DNA of 64,000 nucleotides from Clostridia bacterium (GTDB lineage Bacteria; Bacillota; Clostridia; TANB77; CAG-508). The notes below the pieces were generated by a model that did no database searches, had not been told where the DNA came from, and was given only the letters and a program-made list of their open reading frames with translations. A program made the position numbers and the translations under genes. The DNA lies in NCBI GenBank assembly GCA_017458285.1, contig JAFTFU010000004.1, positions 52,561 through 116,560 on the forward strand, given 5' to 3'. This document shows, in pieces, positions 36,491-47,120 of the stretch. Within the stretch, counting starts at the first letter, position 1. Each line of letters begins with the position of its first letter.

Positions 36491-36743
36491 TTTTTAAATT
36501 AGAATCCTTTGCAGTAGAATTTAAATTATTAATAGAATCATTATAAGTGACTGTATATTGATTATCACCAGAAGAAGAGGTTGTAGTTACCCATTGAAAA
36601 GGATTATAATTTGGAGTAGTGTAAGTCCAAGTTCCGCTATTTGCGCGATAACCATCCCAATAAGCTTCGTCAAGAAGCTTTTGAAGTTCTTCTTTAGTAA
36701 TTTCAATTTTATTATTTTTATTAGTTGTAAATATTTTAATCAT
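36480..36743 (-). CDS. hypothetical protein
   Basis: Intact 87-aa ORF overlapping both neighbours by a few nt. Confidence 0.6.
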   Translation of the reverse strand: MIKIFTTNKNNKIEITKEELQKLLDEAYWDGYRANSGTWTYTTPNYNPFQWVTTTSSSGDNQYTVTYNDSINNLNSTAKDSNLKNEI

Positions 36744-37777
36744 TTTATACTATACCCCCAGTCTTTAGCATGATAAAATTCTTGCCAATACCATTCTCTT
36801 TCGTTTAATTTATCTGCAGTACATTCTTCTAAAATTTCAAATGTAAAATTTTCTGGACCTATTTCATACATAGCCGGATAAAGTTTATTACGTGTAGCTA
36901 CTTCTGCACCTGTTCCACGTTTAATATGTTGACGCCATCTTTCAGCAATATTAACTGCTTGACCAACATAACACATCTAATTTTTAATATTAGTAATTTT
37001 ATAAATACCAGTATGCTACCCCTATCCAATAACTCTACCAACTAAATCAGTATAAGGTTTTTCATAATAGCATTTATAAATTACTTTATTAAGAGGAAGA
37101 TTATCTCTAAAATAAGGCAATATTTCTCTTAATCTTTTAATTTCTACCTAATCACTTAAAGATAACTTTAAACGATAAAAAGAATCATCTTCTTCTTTTT
37201 GCTAAGTTCTTTTGGCTACTTCAATAGCTGCTGAAACTTTACTACGTTCATCTTCTAATTGATTTTTTAATTCATCAGTTTCTTGGCGTAAAGAACCTAA
37301 CTTAGAATATAATTTACTTGTCTATTCTTTAAAATCTTCTTTAGCATCTTCCAAAAGAGAAAGATAGGTTTTATTTATATCTTCTCTTCTTTGCTAGAGA
37401 TTTTTACTTAGACGTTCCATTTCATGTTCGTAGTTTTCTTGAGCATTTTGTCTAGCAGTTTCATATATGGCTGCGGCCGCAGTTTTCTACTATTCAGTTA
37501 AATCATTTAAATGTTCTTTTGTACGAGTAAGTTCCTATTCTTTTAAATCAATCTCTTTTATTAAAGTTTGTAAAATATCCCCACGTTGTTCTATTAACTA
37601 CTAAAACTAATTTGCCTAATCTTGCAAAGTATTAATACTTACTTTTAAATTATCTCGCTATACTATTAAAGCAACATTAGACTCCTATATTTTTTGTAAT
37701 TTTGGTTTTAATATTGAATAACAAATGCCGGCGCCCACTCCGCCTGCGACTATAGTTAATAAAATTATAAAAATCAT
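36740..37777 (-). CDS. membrane-anchored coiled-coil protein with C-terminal GIY-YIG nuclease domain
   Basis: MIFIILLTIVAGGVGAGICYSIL TM segment, about 200 aa of coiled coil, then TGIYKITNIKN(TAG)MCYVGQAVNIAERWRQH..NEREWYW. 346 codons with about 15 sense TAG. The frame was checked at three points. Confidence 0.75.
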
Positions 37778-37790
37778 AATAAGAAAAAAA

Positions 37791-37811
37791 GGGACAGCTT
37801 TATGCTGCCCC
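37791..37811 (-). terminator. rho-independent terminator
   Basis: ggggcagc-ataaa-gctgtccc followed by T7 on the minus strand. Confidence 0.6.
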
Positions 37812-37829
37812 TATAGACTTTATATTAAA

Positions 37830-38093
37830 TTACTCTTCAGCAGTGGGATCAAAAGCCATACCAGCATCAGTCAGACTTAGAAACTTAACCTGCTTATGAG
37901 TACCATCGGCAAGTTCAATCTCAGCAGGAGTACGAATGCCAAGACCCTTGCGTTGAATAGCGGATGTAAAAATACCATCAACGGAACGCTTCTCAAGACC
38001 GAGAGCATCAGCAACATCAGCAGCAGTTACATTCTGTCCATTAATACTCTTTAGATAGTCCAACACTCGTCTAGAATTCTCTTTCATAGCCAT
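37830..38093 (-). CDS. small winged-helix-like DNA-binding protein
   Basis: Intact 87-aa ORF. GC content is noticeably higher than the surroundings. No TAG. Strong RBS AAAGGAGATT. Confidence 0.75.
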   Translation of the reverse strand: MAMKENSRRVLDYLKSINGQNVTAADVADALGLEKRSVDGIFTSAIQRKGLGIRTPAEIELADGTHKQVKFLSLTDAGMAFDPTAEE

Positions 38094-38132
38094 AATAAAT
38101 AATCTCCTTTAAATTAAAAATATATTTTTAGT

Positions 38133-38888
38133 TTAATGTATAATAAATTCACTTGTCTCTAATTTTAAATCTTCTATAGTTAATTTATTTAGATGAGTAT
38201 AAGGTATTCTTATAATAGGAATATTATGAGAATGACACCAATCATTTTTTATATTATCTCTTTTTTGCTATTCTTGAAGAGATAATGAAAAGAACTTATT
38301 TTCTTGAAAATGTTGTATTCCATCATATTCAATTATATAAGAATTATCCACAAAAAAATCAAAACGAGGATTACTCATTTTATTATTTTCATAAGTTAAA
38401 TCATCAAATGTTTTTTCAGCTACAAATGAAATATTATTATTAGTTAGTAATGTAGCAATTTTATACTACCCTTTTGACCGGATGCAACCACATGAAGTTG
38501 TATTTCCGGATATTAAATCATTAGCTCTTACTTCTATATGATTACCGCATTCACATAAACAATTCCAAACTACGCTATTATTAAGCCGTTTATTTGTAGA
38601 ATGTATTGCTATTAATTTTCCAAATTTCTAATTTGTTAAATCTTTAGCTATAAATTTATGCTAATTCATAGGGCCGGTTTTCTTGCCAATACGACTTGCT
38701 ATTTCTTTCTATAAGCATCCACAAGAAGTAGTTTTTCCTCTAATTAAATCCTATGTTCTAACTATTTTAGTATTACCGCAATCACACTAACAAAACCAAG
38801 GATAATGATTGTTTAGTTTAAAATCACATTTATATAATGCCACTAATCTTCCAAAACGTTGATTAGTTAAATCAAATGCTTTTGCCAT
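38133..38888 (-). CDS. free-standing homing endonuclease, zinc-ribbon repeats plus PD-(D/E)xK-like nuclease
   Basis: DLTNQRFGRL..CQCDCGN..TSCGC, then DLTN(TAG)KFGKL..CLCECGN..TSCGC, then RFDFFV..IIEYDGIQHF. 252 codons. Confidence 0.75.
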
Positions 38889-39024
38889 ATAATTCTCTCC
38901 TTACAAAGAATCTAAATAAATGAGCTTATTTTAGTAAGGAATAAAATATTATCTCAAAAGGTAGCTAATCTTTTGCTCCCTCATTTATTTTATGTAAAAA
39001 TTATATCAAAAAAATTTTTTTATG

Positions 39025-39219
39025 TCAAGAATTTTCTTCTAAAATTTCTTGAACCATTTCATCAACAATCATCATATCAAAAGGTGTTAATGAACCAGAA
39101 ATTGACATAATTTCATCTTTTGCACGCAGAACTTCTGCACAATTTTCATTTGCTTCAATGATAGACTCTAGCTTAGCGATTCGTTCCGCAAGCTTTTTCA
39201 TTTCTTTCTTTTTCATCAA
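39025..39219 (-). CDS. hypothetical small helical protein
   Basis: Intact 64-aa ORF. Confidence 0.55.
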   Translation of the reverse strand: MMKKKEMKKLAERIAKLESIIEANENCAEVLRAKDEIMSISGSLTPFDMMIVDEMVQEILEENS

Positions 39220-39271
39220 TTTTTCTTCCTTAATTTTTACAAGTATATTATATAAAAATTTTTTAGAAATG

Positions 39272-40096
39272 TCAATCTAAAAATTTTAAAAATTCTTCTT
39301 CAGAAATAATAGGTATTCCGAGTTTTTTAGCTGATACATTTTTAGATGAACTTGAATTAATATCATTGTTAATTAAATAATCTACATTAGAAGAAATAGC
39401 TGATAATACTTTTCCGCCTTCTTTTTCAATGATTGATTTTAATTCATTTCTATTTTTATAATGTTTAATACTACCTGTAATTACAAATTTTTTATTTTGA
39501 AGCTTATTAGAAGATTCCATCATTTCCACTTCTGGGATATTTAAATATTGATAATATATATTATCTGCTTCTTCATAATTAAAATTAAGAATTTTTAAAG
39601 CAGTAATATCTCCCATATCTGGAAGTTTAGTAAAATCAAATTTATTATTAATAGCATCTCTAAAAGCTTCATAAGACTTAAAATATTCTGCTAATTGTTT
39701 TGAAGCACTTCGTCCAATTTGAGGAATTCCAATAGCACAAATAAATTTTTCTAATGTTGTTGTTTTACTATTTTCAATAGCTGTTAAAATATTATTAACA
39801 GAAGTGGGACCAAATCCTGGCATTTTTACCCATAAAGAGCGATATTGTTCAAGATTAAAAATATCTTCTATTTTACTAATCCAAAATTCGTCTATTAATT
39901 TTCCAAGAGTAGCTTTAGAAAGTCCGCGAATATCTAATCCAGATTTACCGCAAAAATGTTCAAGTTTATTAATAAATTTTCCTTCACAATTAGGATTAGA
40001 ACAATAGAGTTCTTCTGTATCAAAGTTTTTTCTTCTGATAGTTTTTTCTCCACAAATAGGACAAACAGTTGGTATAATCAAATATTCTTTATTCAT
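39272..40096 (-). CDS. ligA: NAD-dependent DNA ligase, C-terminal fragment (Zn finger, HhH, BRCT) as a separate ORF
   Basis: MNKEYLIIPTVCPICGEK..CSNPNC..GIPQIGRS..BRCT-like KFVITGS. ATG 40094-40096 overlaps the stop of the inserted endonuclease gene. Confidence 0.8.
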   Translation of the reverse strand: MNKEYLIIPTVCPICGEKTIRRKNFDTEELYCSNPNCEGKFINKLEHFCGKSGLDIRGLSKATLGKLIDEFWISKIEDIFNLEQYRSLWVKMPGFGPTSVNNILTAIENSKTTTLEKFICAIGIPQIGRSASKQLAEYFKSYEAFRDAINNKFDFTKLPDMGDITALKILNFNYEEADNIYYQYLNIPEVEMMESSNKLQNKKFVITGSIKHYKNRNELKSIIEKEGGKVLSAISSNVDYLINNDINSSSSKNVSAKKLGIPIISEEEFLKFLD

Positions 40097-40691
40097 AATA
40101 CTTCCAATGATAACCTCCACAAGTCTATCTTTGACCCCTACATACCATACAAATTTTACTTTGAGTAGTTTTTGGAACTTGTCTAGCAGCTTCTGAAGCA
40201 CTTTCATAAATTATTCCTGTTTCGATACATTGAACAGGTTTTTTACGAGCTTCAGAGGCTTTTTTTGCATTAATTTGACGCATCTTTAAAGCTTCTTTAG
40301 GATGTTCTTTTTGCCATTTTAACATATCCTAAGCACGTGCTAAACCAAATTCAGGATGCTATTTCATCCACTCGAGAGCTTTTGGTAAAGCATTAGGTGA
40401 AATTGGTGTCTAATTTCCTTTTAAAATATTATATCCATATTCTGGATTGTCACTTTGGTATAAGTTAATATAATATTCTTCTTTTTTATTTGCTTCTTGA
40501 TATGACCAATTACCCTGTTCTAGAATTAAATGTTCAAAATTATTCCATCCATATTTATTTATTGCATTATAAAATAAAGTACAAGATTTATAACCTTTTC
40601 CATTTTTCCATCTATCTTCAACATTCTACATTGTTTGTCCAATATAAACCTTATTGTTTATTTTATTTTTATGCATATATATTGTAATCAT
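40089..40691 (-). CDS. free-standing GIY-YIG homing endonuclease inserted inside ligA
   Basis: MITIYMHKNKINNKVYIGQT (the Q here is CAA) .. C-terminal CGGYHWKY. 201 codons with several sense TAG. Own RBS AAAGGAGGAA. Confidence 0.8.
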
Positions 40692-40752
40692 TTTTATTCC
40701 TCCTTTATTAATTATAAAATTCGGAATAATCCGATTACTATAAATTGTCCCG

Positions 40753-41883
40753 TCAATCAAAATTTTTTTCAGCTTTTACTATTTGTGGAATTATCATATT
40801 ACTTTTCATAATCCAAACCTTCTAACCTTTAAAAGGTTTATCTCCTAAAATTTCTTGCATAATACTTATATTATGAAGATTTGCACGTTCAATGGTAGAC
40901 CCATCTATTTCTACTGGATTAAAAATAGCAACAGGTGTTAATACTCCAGTTCTACCCATAGTCCATTCAATATCTCTTAATGTAGTCGGATAAGTTTCAT
41001 CATATAGCTTATACGCAATCGCATTTTTAAAGTGATGAGCAGTTTCACCTAAAGATTTACCAAATTTAATATCATCATATTTTACAACAATACCATCATA
41101 TGGAATATCTTCTGACATTTCAATAATATCTTGTAAAAGAAATTCATCAAATGTACTATGTTGAATCCAAGGAACAACTTGAAAACCTAGATGATTACAA
41201 GCATCTAATTTATTACTTAACCAATGATAATTATCAAATCCTTTAATAACATCCCAAACCATGAAAGTTAAATTGCGTTTAGCACATTCATTACTATCTA
41301 ATAATCTTATACTACCCGCTGCAAAATTGCGGGGATTTTTATAATCATTAGCGAATTTTTGAAAATCACTTTCTAAACAAACAATCTCTCCATCAACAAT
41401 TAATTCATCTTTATAATTAATTTTATTTGGAATAGATGGGATTACTAAAGCATTATGAGTAATATTTTCTCCAATGCGACCATTACCACGAGTCTCTGCG
41501 GATATCAATTTACCATTTAAATATCTTAAAGAACAAGTTAAACCATCACATTTAGTCATTATTAAAACAGTATGATTATGAACAAAATTATCAACTTCTA
41601 CAATATTTTTAGTTTTATCTAAAGATAACATAGGATGATTATGTTCTACTTTTTTTAATTCATTAACTACTTGATAAGAAATATTTTGAGTTGGAGAATG
41701 GGAAGGATAATAATGAGTCGCTTGTTCCCAGTTAAGCAGCTCAAAATACCACTTATCCCATTCTTCATCACTAATTTGTGGATTACCTTCATCATATGAT
41801 TTAGTCCATTCATTTAATTGAGTAGCAACTTTATCCATATCACTATGGCTCCAAATTGCATAATCATTTAATAATTCATTCAT
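40753..41883 (-). CDS. ligA: NAD-dependent DNA ligase, N-terminal fragment (adenylation plus OB domains)
   Basis: The track ORF extends through TAG 40822-40824 (..PFKG-Q-KVWIMKSNMIIPQIVKAEKNFD) to TGA 40753-40755. Contains KCDGLT (KxDG). Confidence 0.8.
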
Positions 41884-44225
41884 ACTTTTGTCACACTCAC
41901 AATTTGATTTCCCTTAATAACAATAGTTCCAACAGAAGTTTTATTAACTACTTTAGCTATTTCATTTGCTTTTATACATAAAGAACTCTTATTACCACAA
42001 ATTAAAATCATATCATTGTCAGATACTAGACTTGCGGCAACAACTTCTTCACCCTTCGCGCAAATATTACCACGTAAATTTCGACCTTGAATAGGCAATG
42101 CTTTCAATGCAAATCTACGTCCCATGCCATGCTTAGTAAATAGTGCTAAATCATCAGTCTCATCTCGTACGGGTAAAGCACAAATAACTTCATCTTCTGG
42201 CCGTAAATTGATTCCTTTAATACCCATAGATACTCTTCCTGTTGGAGTAAAATCAGCACCTTTTACTCTTAATCCATAACCATTTTTAGTAAGTAAAATA
42301 ATACTTTCTTGATTAGCTAAAAATACAGAAACTAATTCATCATTCTCATGGAAATTTAAAGCTTTAATACCACTCTTCTTTTTTACAGAGATATAATCAC
42401 TTAAAGCAGTTCTTTTTACATAACCTTGCTTTGTAACAAAAACAATATATTTATCATCTGTTTCTCTATAAATGGAATAAATAATAGTGGGTTCTTCTTG
42501 CGGTTCCATGCTAACCAAAGCACGAACAGGTATTCCTTTAGAAGTATTATTTCCCTCTGGAATATCATCAACAATTAAACGATACATATTTCCCTTATTA
42601 GTAAATATCATAAGGCTATCTACGGTATTAGTTCTTAAAACCATATTAGTTATATCATCTTGTGTTTTGATTCCTTTTCCTCCACGTCTTTGAGATCTAA
42701 ATGAAGTAGCTGGTATACGTTTAATATTACCGCCCTCTGTGAATACAACAACACATTTTTCTGGTGGAATTGCGGCAATCTTTTTTTCTTCATTGTTTTT
42801 AGGTTCTTCAATTTGAGTTAATTCAGTGCGTCTTTCATCACCATATTTATTTACAATATCATTTAAACGTAACAATAATTCATCTATTGGATTAGCTAAT
42901 ATTGCATTATAATGGTCAATATCATATTGTAGACCTGAACATTCCTCTTGCAACTCAATTTTTTCCAAATTTGCTAAACGACCTAATTTCATTTCTACAA
43001 TAGCATGAGCTTGGTCTTCTGTAAATTTATATTTATTTTGTAACTGAGTTTTTGCATCTGCAGCTGATTTAGACTGTTTGATTAAAGCGATGATATTATC
43101 AATATCTTCTAATGCTTTTAATAATCCTAAATTAATATCTAATTTGCGTTCAGCCTTTTTTAAATCAAACTCGGTTTCTCTTTTAATACATTCCGTGTTA
43201 TGTTCAACATAAATTTTACAACAATCTTTTAAATTTAATTCAGTTGGAGTTTTACTTACCAGACCAACCATATTATAAGAGAAAGATGTTTGTAAATCAG
43301 TTAATTTAAATAATTGAAAAATAATTTTATTTAAATTAGCATTTTTTTCACATTCAAGGACTAAGCGAAATCCCTTTTTACGAGTGCTTTCATTACGGAT
43401 ATGTTTAATTCCTTCAATGTCTCCATTATCACAAATTTTACCAATTTGTTCCATAAGTGCTTCCGTGGCAACTCCATAAGGAATTTCATAAAATACAATA
43501 TTATTATTTTCAATATTGTATTTACCTCTAATTTTAATACTACCTCGACCAGTTCGCATTATATTTGGAATATCATTTTTATTAATAATAATTCCACCAG
43601 TTGGAAAATCTGGGCCTGGTAACATAGGTTCTTTGCCATTTATATAATCATTAATAGCTTGCGCAACTTCTCTTAAATTATGAGGCGCCCAATTACAAGC
43701 CATTGCAACACCAATGCCAGTATTAGGATTACAAAGTAAATTAGGAAAATAAGATGGTAATGTTACAGGTTCATCTTTAGTTTCAGAATAATTAGGAACT
43801 GTATTAACAACTCCTTTTTTCATTCCAACTAACATACCATCTTCAACTAAAGTAGATAATCTTGCTTCAGTATAACGATAAGCTGCAGGGCCATCTCCAT
43901 CACGATTACCTTTTGAGCCATGAAAATCAATTAAAGGATAACGCATTACCCATTCTTGAGATAATCTAACTAATGCCCCATAAATACTTGAATCTCCATG
44001 AGGATGCCAATAAGCCATTGTGTTACCAACAATATTAGCACATTTAACATGAGGTTTTTTTGAACTGAAACCCTCATCATAAGAGCAATATAGAATACGT
44101 TTTGCCACTGGTTTTAATCCAGTTTTTGCATCTGGGATAGAACGGTCAGTATTTACAGCAACCGCATATTCTATAAAATTAGTACCAAGTTCAGTAATAA
44201 GATCAGTTAGAATCTCGTTTGCCAT
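41880..44225 (-). CDS. gyrA: type IIA topoisomerase subunit A (GyrA/ParC-like)
   Basis: ..RSIPDAKTGLKPVAKRILY..HPHGDSSIYGALVRLSQ..AAYRYTEARL. Intact 781 aa, no TAG. Confidence 0.85.
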   Translation of the reverse strand: MANEILTDLITELGTNFIEYAVAVNTDRSIPDAKTGLKPVAKRILYCSYDEGFSSKKPHVKCANIVGNTMAYWHPHGDSSIYGALVRLSQEWVMRYPLIDFHGSKGNRDGDGPAAYRYTEARLSTLVEDGMLVGMKKGVVNTVPNYSETKDEPVTLPSYFPNLLCNPNTGIGVAMACNWAPHNLREVAQAINDYINGKEPMLPGPDFPTGGIIINKNDIPNIMRTGRGSIKIRGKYNIENNNIVFYEIPYGVATEALMEQIGKICDNGDIEGIKHIRNESTRKKGFRLVLECEKNANLNKIIFQLFKLTDLQTSFSYNMVGLVSKTPTELNLKDCCKIYVEHNTECIKRETEFDLKKAERKLDINLGLLKALEDIDNIIALIKQSKSAADAKTQLQNKYKFTEDQAHAIVEMKLGRLANLEKIELQEECSGLQYDIDHYNAILANPIDELLLRLNDIVNKYGDERRTELTQIEEPKNNEEKKIAAIPPEKCVVVFTEGGNIKRIPATSFRSQRRGGKGIKTQDDITNMVLRTNTVDSLMIFTNKGNMYRLIVDDIPEGNNTSKGIPVRALVSMEPQEEPTIIYSIYRETDDKYIVFVTKQGYVKRTALSDYISVKKKSGIKALNFHENDELVSVFLANQESIILLTKNGYGLRVKGADFTPTGRVSMGIKGINLRPEDEVICALPVRDETDDLALFTKHGMGRRFALKALPIQGRNLRGNICAKGEEVVAASLVSDNDMILICGNKSSLCIKANEIAKVVNKTSVGTIVIKGNQIVSVTKV

Positions 44226-44421
44226 AAAGTGTTTTCATCCTTTCTTCAAAATCTTCTATTGCTTCTTCGACAAAATAAAGTTTTGTTAAAACTTCATCTT
44301 TAGCTTCATCGGTCATTTTTTCAGGATAATCTCCCCAATTTCTATATTGACCTTGTTTATATTGACCAATATAAAGGATATCGCCCCATTGATTTCTTTC
44401 AGTGAGTCTATTATTCAGCAT
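44203..44421 (-). CDS. hypothetical small protein between the topoisomerase genes
   Basis: ATG 44421 (MLNNRLTERNQW). Overlaps the gyrB stop and the gyrA start. Confidence 0.4.
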   Translation of the reverse strand: MLNNRLTERNQWGDILYIGQYKQGQYRNWGDYPEKMTDEAKDEVLTKLYFVEEAIEDFEERMKTLYGKRDSN

Positions 44422-44806
44422 TATATTGGGCCTCCTCGCTATGTTCTTTAATATAATTCTTACGAGGAACAACTGCTGTTCCCATCAAATCATCAAATAG
44501 TTTTCTTGCAGCTTCAGTATCGTTAATTGTTACTTGACGAATAATTCTTTGTTCAGGGTCTGTTAAAGTTTCTTCTGTTTCTTCAACATCCATTTCGCCA
44601 AGTCCCTTCATACGGTTTACTTTATAAGATTTACCACTATTGGCTTTACGATATTCTTCTAAAGCTTCATCATTCTTAATATATTTATATCCTTTATTTG
44701 TAGTAATTTTATACAAAGGTGGAACACCAGCATAAACAAAGCCATCTTCAATAAGCTGAGGACAAAAATTCCAAATAAATGTATAAAATAAGTTTTTGAT
44801 GTGAGC
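44411..44806 (-). CDS. gyrB: type IIA topoisomerase subunit B, exon 3
   Basis: AHIKNLFYTFIWNF..PPLYKI..RMKGLGEM. 132 codons. Confidence 0.85.
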   Translation of the reverse strand, partial: AHIKNLFYTFIWNFCPQLIEDGFVYAGVPPLYKITTNKGYKYIKNDEALEEYRKANSGKSYKVNRMKGLGEMDVEETEETLTDPEQRIIRQVTINDTEAARKLFDDLMGTAVVPRKNYIKEHSEEAQYNAE

Positions 44807-45790
44807 CATTTATTCTTATGTTTCCATAAGCACAGACTATATCTTACCTGCGGCCGCAGCCACAAGAACGCCCATTTCAAGTTGCGTGCTAATAGCAACC
44901 TTACTCCTCCGATACGAGGATAGTCGTTACAGGATTAGATGTTTTTCCAAGTTTGATATTGGACTACTCTTTTTATTGTATTTCGTGTGCATTTCCCTAA
45001 ATATAAAGTATATATTTCACTAATAGATTTATTTTCTTCTTCGGCTAATCTGCGAATTTCTTTAACATCGGATTTTGTTAATTTTGCTTTATTTTTACCT
45101 TTTCTTTCTACTTTAGAAGAAATATTTCTAATCATAGATGTATCAACATTCTACCAAGTGTTTCCTCTGTAGGCTTTGCAAAAAGCATCATAGCTAATTT
45201 CATCTGCATACATCTTATAAACGTCGGCAGGAGATATATTTTGAAGAAAAATCATTTCTCTAATATTTAAAACTTGTTCTTCATTTAATCTCGCTTTAAT
45301 ATTCTTTGAACCACTTGTATAATCAAGAGGAGTTTCTTCTGCTCGTAGAATATTATATCCTTTTTCTCTATTTAAAGCATCGTAATAATCTATCCAATAC
45401 TATTCTCTAATTAAAAGCTCTGCATCGGTCAAAGTATCACAATCTTCAATAATTTCAAAATCAAAATTTTCAAATCCATATTTTCGCAATGCACGAATAA
45501 TAGGTCTATTGTTGCCTTTATTTATCTCATATCTGTATTCACGCAATCTTTTTGCTAAATTTACAGATTTACCTATATATACTTTATCATTTAATTTATT
45601 AGTCCATTTATATATCGCTCTCATTTTAATCATCCTTCCCACGGGATTGCCATATCTAAAAAGACTTAGGTTTCCCCGTTAGCATATTTTTTCTACTTTA
45701 TATGAGTTCCAAGTGGAGCACATAAATAAAGTCTGTCCAAAAATATACCCCAGTGGCGAACTGGAAAAGGCGTAACAGGCACTTTTACAT
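44807..45790 (-). mobile_element. group I intron 2 in gyrB (splits the DADVDG|AHI motif)
   Basis: The exon ends ..GAUGGU. The intron ends ..GAAUAAAUG. Core elements UGCUAACGGGGAAACCU and GAUAUAGUCUGUGCUUAUGG are present, with a CUGCGGCCGCAG hairpin. The P1 pairing is weaker (about 3 bp). Confidence 0.75.
44935..45624 (-). CDS. intron-encoded GIY-YIG homing endonuclease
   Basis: MRAIYKWTNKLNDKVYIGKS. Track ORFs 45400 and 44935 join in frame through 2 sense TAG. Confidence 0.75.
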
Positions 45791-46036
45791 ACCATCAACA
45801 TCAGCATCGCTCATAATAATAATTTTTCCATAACGAATTTTATTTTTATCATAAGATACTTTCATAGTTTTAGGATCAATCTCTAAACCAAAAGCATCCA
45901 TCATGGTCATTATTTCTGCATTCTTTTGGATTTTATCAATACCAGCTTTGTGAGTATTAAGAATTTTACCACGCACAGGAAGCACTGCTTGAAATTCATT
46001 ATCTCTAGCAGTCTTCATATTACCAGAAGCACTGTC
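45791..46036 (-). CDS. gyrB: type IIA topoisomerase subunit B, exon 2 (TOPRIM)
   Basis: DSASGNMKTARD..LPVRGKILN..IIIMSDADVDG. 82 codons. Confidence 0.85.
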
Positions 46037-47120
46037 CATGTTTATCTTATATTTCTATAAGCACTGACTAACTCTTCACTCCGGTTTGTCAAACCATCAT
46101 CGTGTCCTCTATTTCCAATCACGTATCAATAGTGATTGTACTCTCCGTCTCACCGGAGATAGTCGATACAGCTTATTTTATATCTTTATAAGTTTGTCTC
46201 GTTATAGCATTATATACAGTACTCCAAGCTCTATCTGGAGCGTATTTTTGCCAAATCTATTTAGGACTTATTCCATTATCATAATCATATCTCATTTGTT
46301 TCACTTGTTCTTCGGTGAAACATTTTTTATTGTTTGCGGCTACTTCGGAAGAATTTGCTTTTGCATTGTGTGAATGCCAATATTTATTTTCTTCAGTATG
46401 ATACTCTGGATAAATATTTTTCCAAGTATCAAACCACCAAACCTTCTAAAGACCTCTTTTTGAAATTTTATCTTTATATTCTTCATAAACTATTTTGAAT
46501 GGAATATGAGCATTATAACATTCTCTAATATATTTTACATCTTCCTCATTTAATAATGCTCGACCATTTTTTGAACCAACCTAACTCCTGTTTGGGTTTT
46601 CGTCTCCGCCTAGAGTAGCATTATATCCATTGATATAAGAATTATAATAATTTATAAAGAACTTTTCCATCTAATCAAGAAGTTCTTTAGAATATTCTTC
46701 TGGAGATAATATTGCGATAATTTCATAATCAAAATTATCAAAACCATATTTTCTTACTGCTTGATGAAACTGACTATTATAATCATTTGCTTTATCATTA
46801 TAAACTGAAGATTTATGATTATATTGACGTCTTTCTATATCAACGCTCTATCCAATATAACATTTATGATTTATTTTATTTTCATATTTATAAATTCCTA
46901 TCATATCACTCTCTCCTTTCATTAGAATATAAGGGAGATACTGATATGATTTACTGGTTTTGTCCTAAAGATATAAAATCTTGCCACGGGATTGCCTTCG
47001 CCTAAACATATTTTGACATATATGTGTAACGGTCAGGTTTCCCCGTTAGCTTTACCTGCGGCCGCAGGTAAAACCCCGTTGATGAAGCGGTAAAAAGGAT
47101 TAGGGCAATAGTTTTCACTT
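46037..47120 (-). mobile_element. group I intron 1 in gyrB (splits the EG|DSA motif)
   Basis: The exon ..GAGGGU pairs with intron GCCCU. Core elements GCUAACGGGGAAACCUGACC, CCCGUGGCAA and GUUAGUCAGUGCUUAUAG are present, with a CUGCGGCCGCAG hairpin. The intron ends ..GAUAAACAUG. Confidence 0.8.
46173..46904 (-). CDS. intron-encoded GIY-YIG homing endonuclease
   Basis: MIGIYKYENKINHKCYIG(TAG)S. 244 codons; RBS GGAGAGAG. Confidence 0.8.

Noticed and set aside
38917-38990. Imperfect inverted repeat TAAATAAATGAG .. CTCATTTATTTTA upstream of the endonuclease gene at 38888.
   Set aside because: It is AT-rich, has a long (~50 nt) unstructured spacer and no second copy, so there is not enough support for an operator or RNA element.
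39272-40207. The N-terminal extension of the track ORF (MKVLQKLLDKFQ...), which suggests a longer LigA C-terminal fragment.
   Set aside because: The extension is the endonuclease gene read in another frame. LigA homology begins at MNKEYLIIPTVCPICG (ATG 40096).
40097-40752. Looked for a seventh group I intron around the endonuclease that splits ligA.
   Set aside because: None of the shared core motifs (GCTAACGG.., CCCGTGGGAA, GATAGTC..) is present. Only about 60 nt separate the upstream TGA from the endonuclease RBS, and the endonuclease stop overlaps the downstream ATG.
44659-44898. Track ORF 44659..44898 (-) spanning the gyrB exon 3 / intron boundary.
   Set aside because: It is out of frame with exon 3 and runs across the 3' ribozyme core, so it is an artefact.
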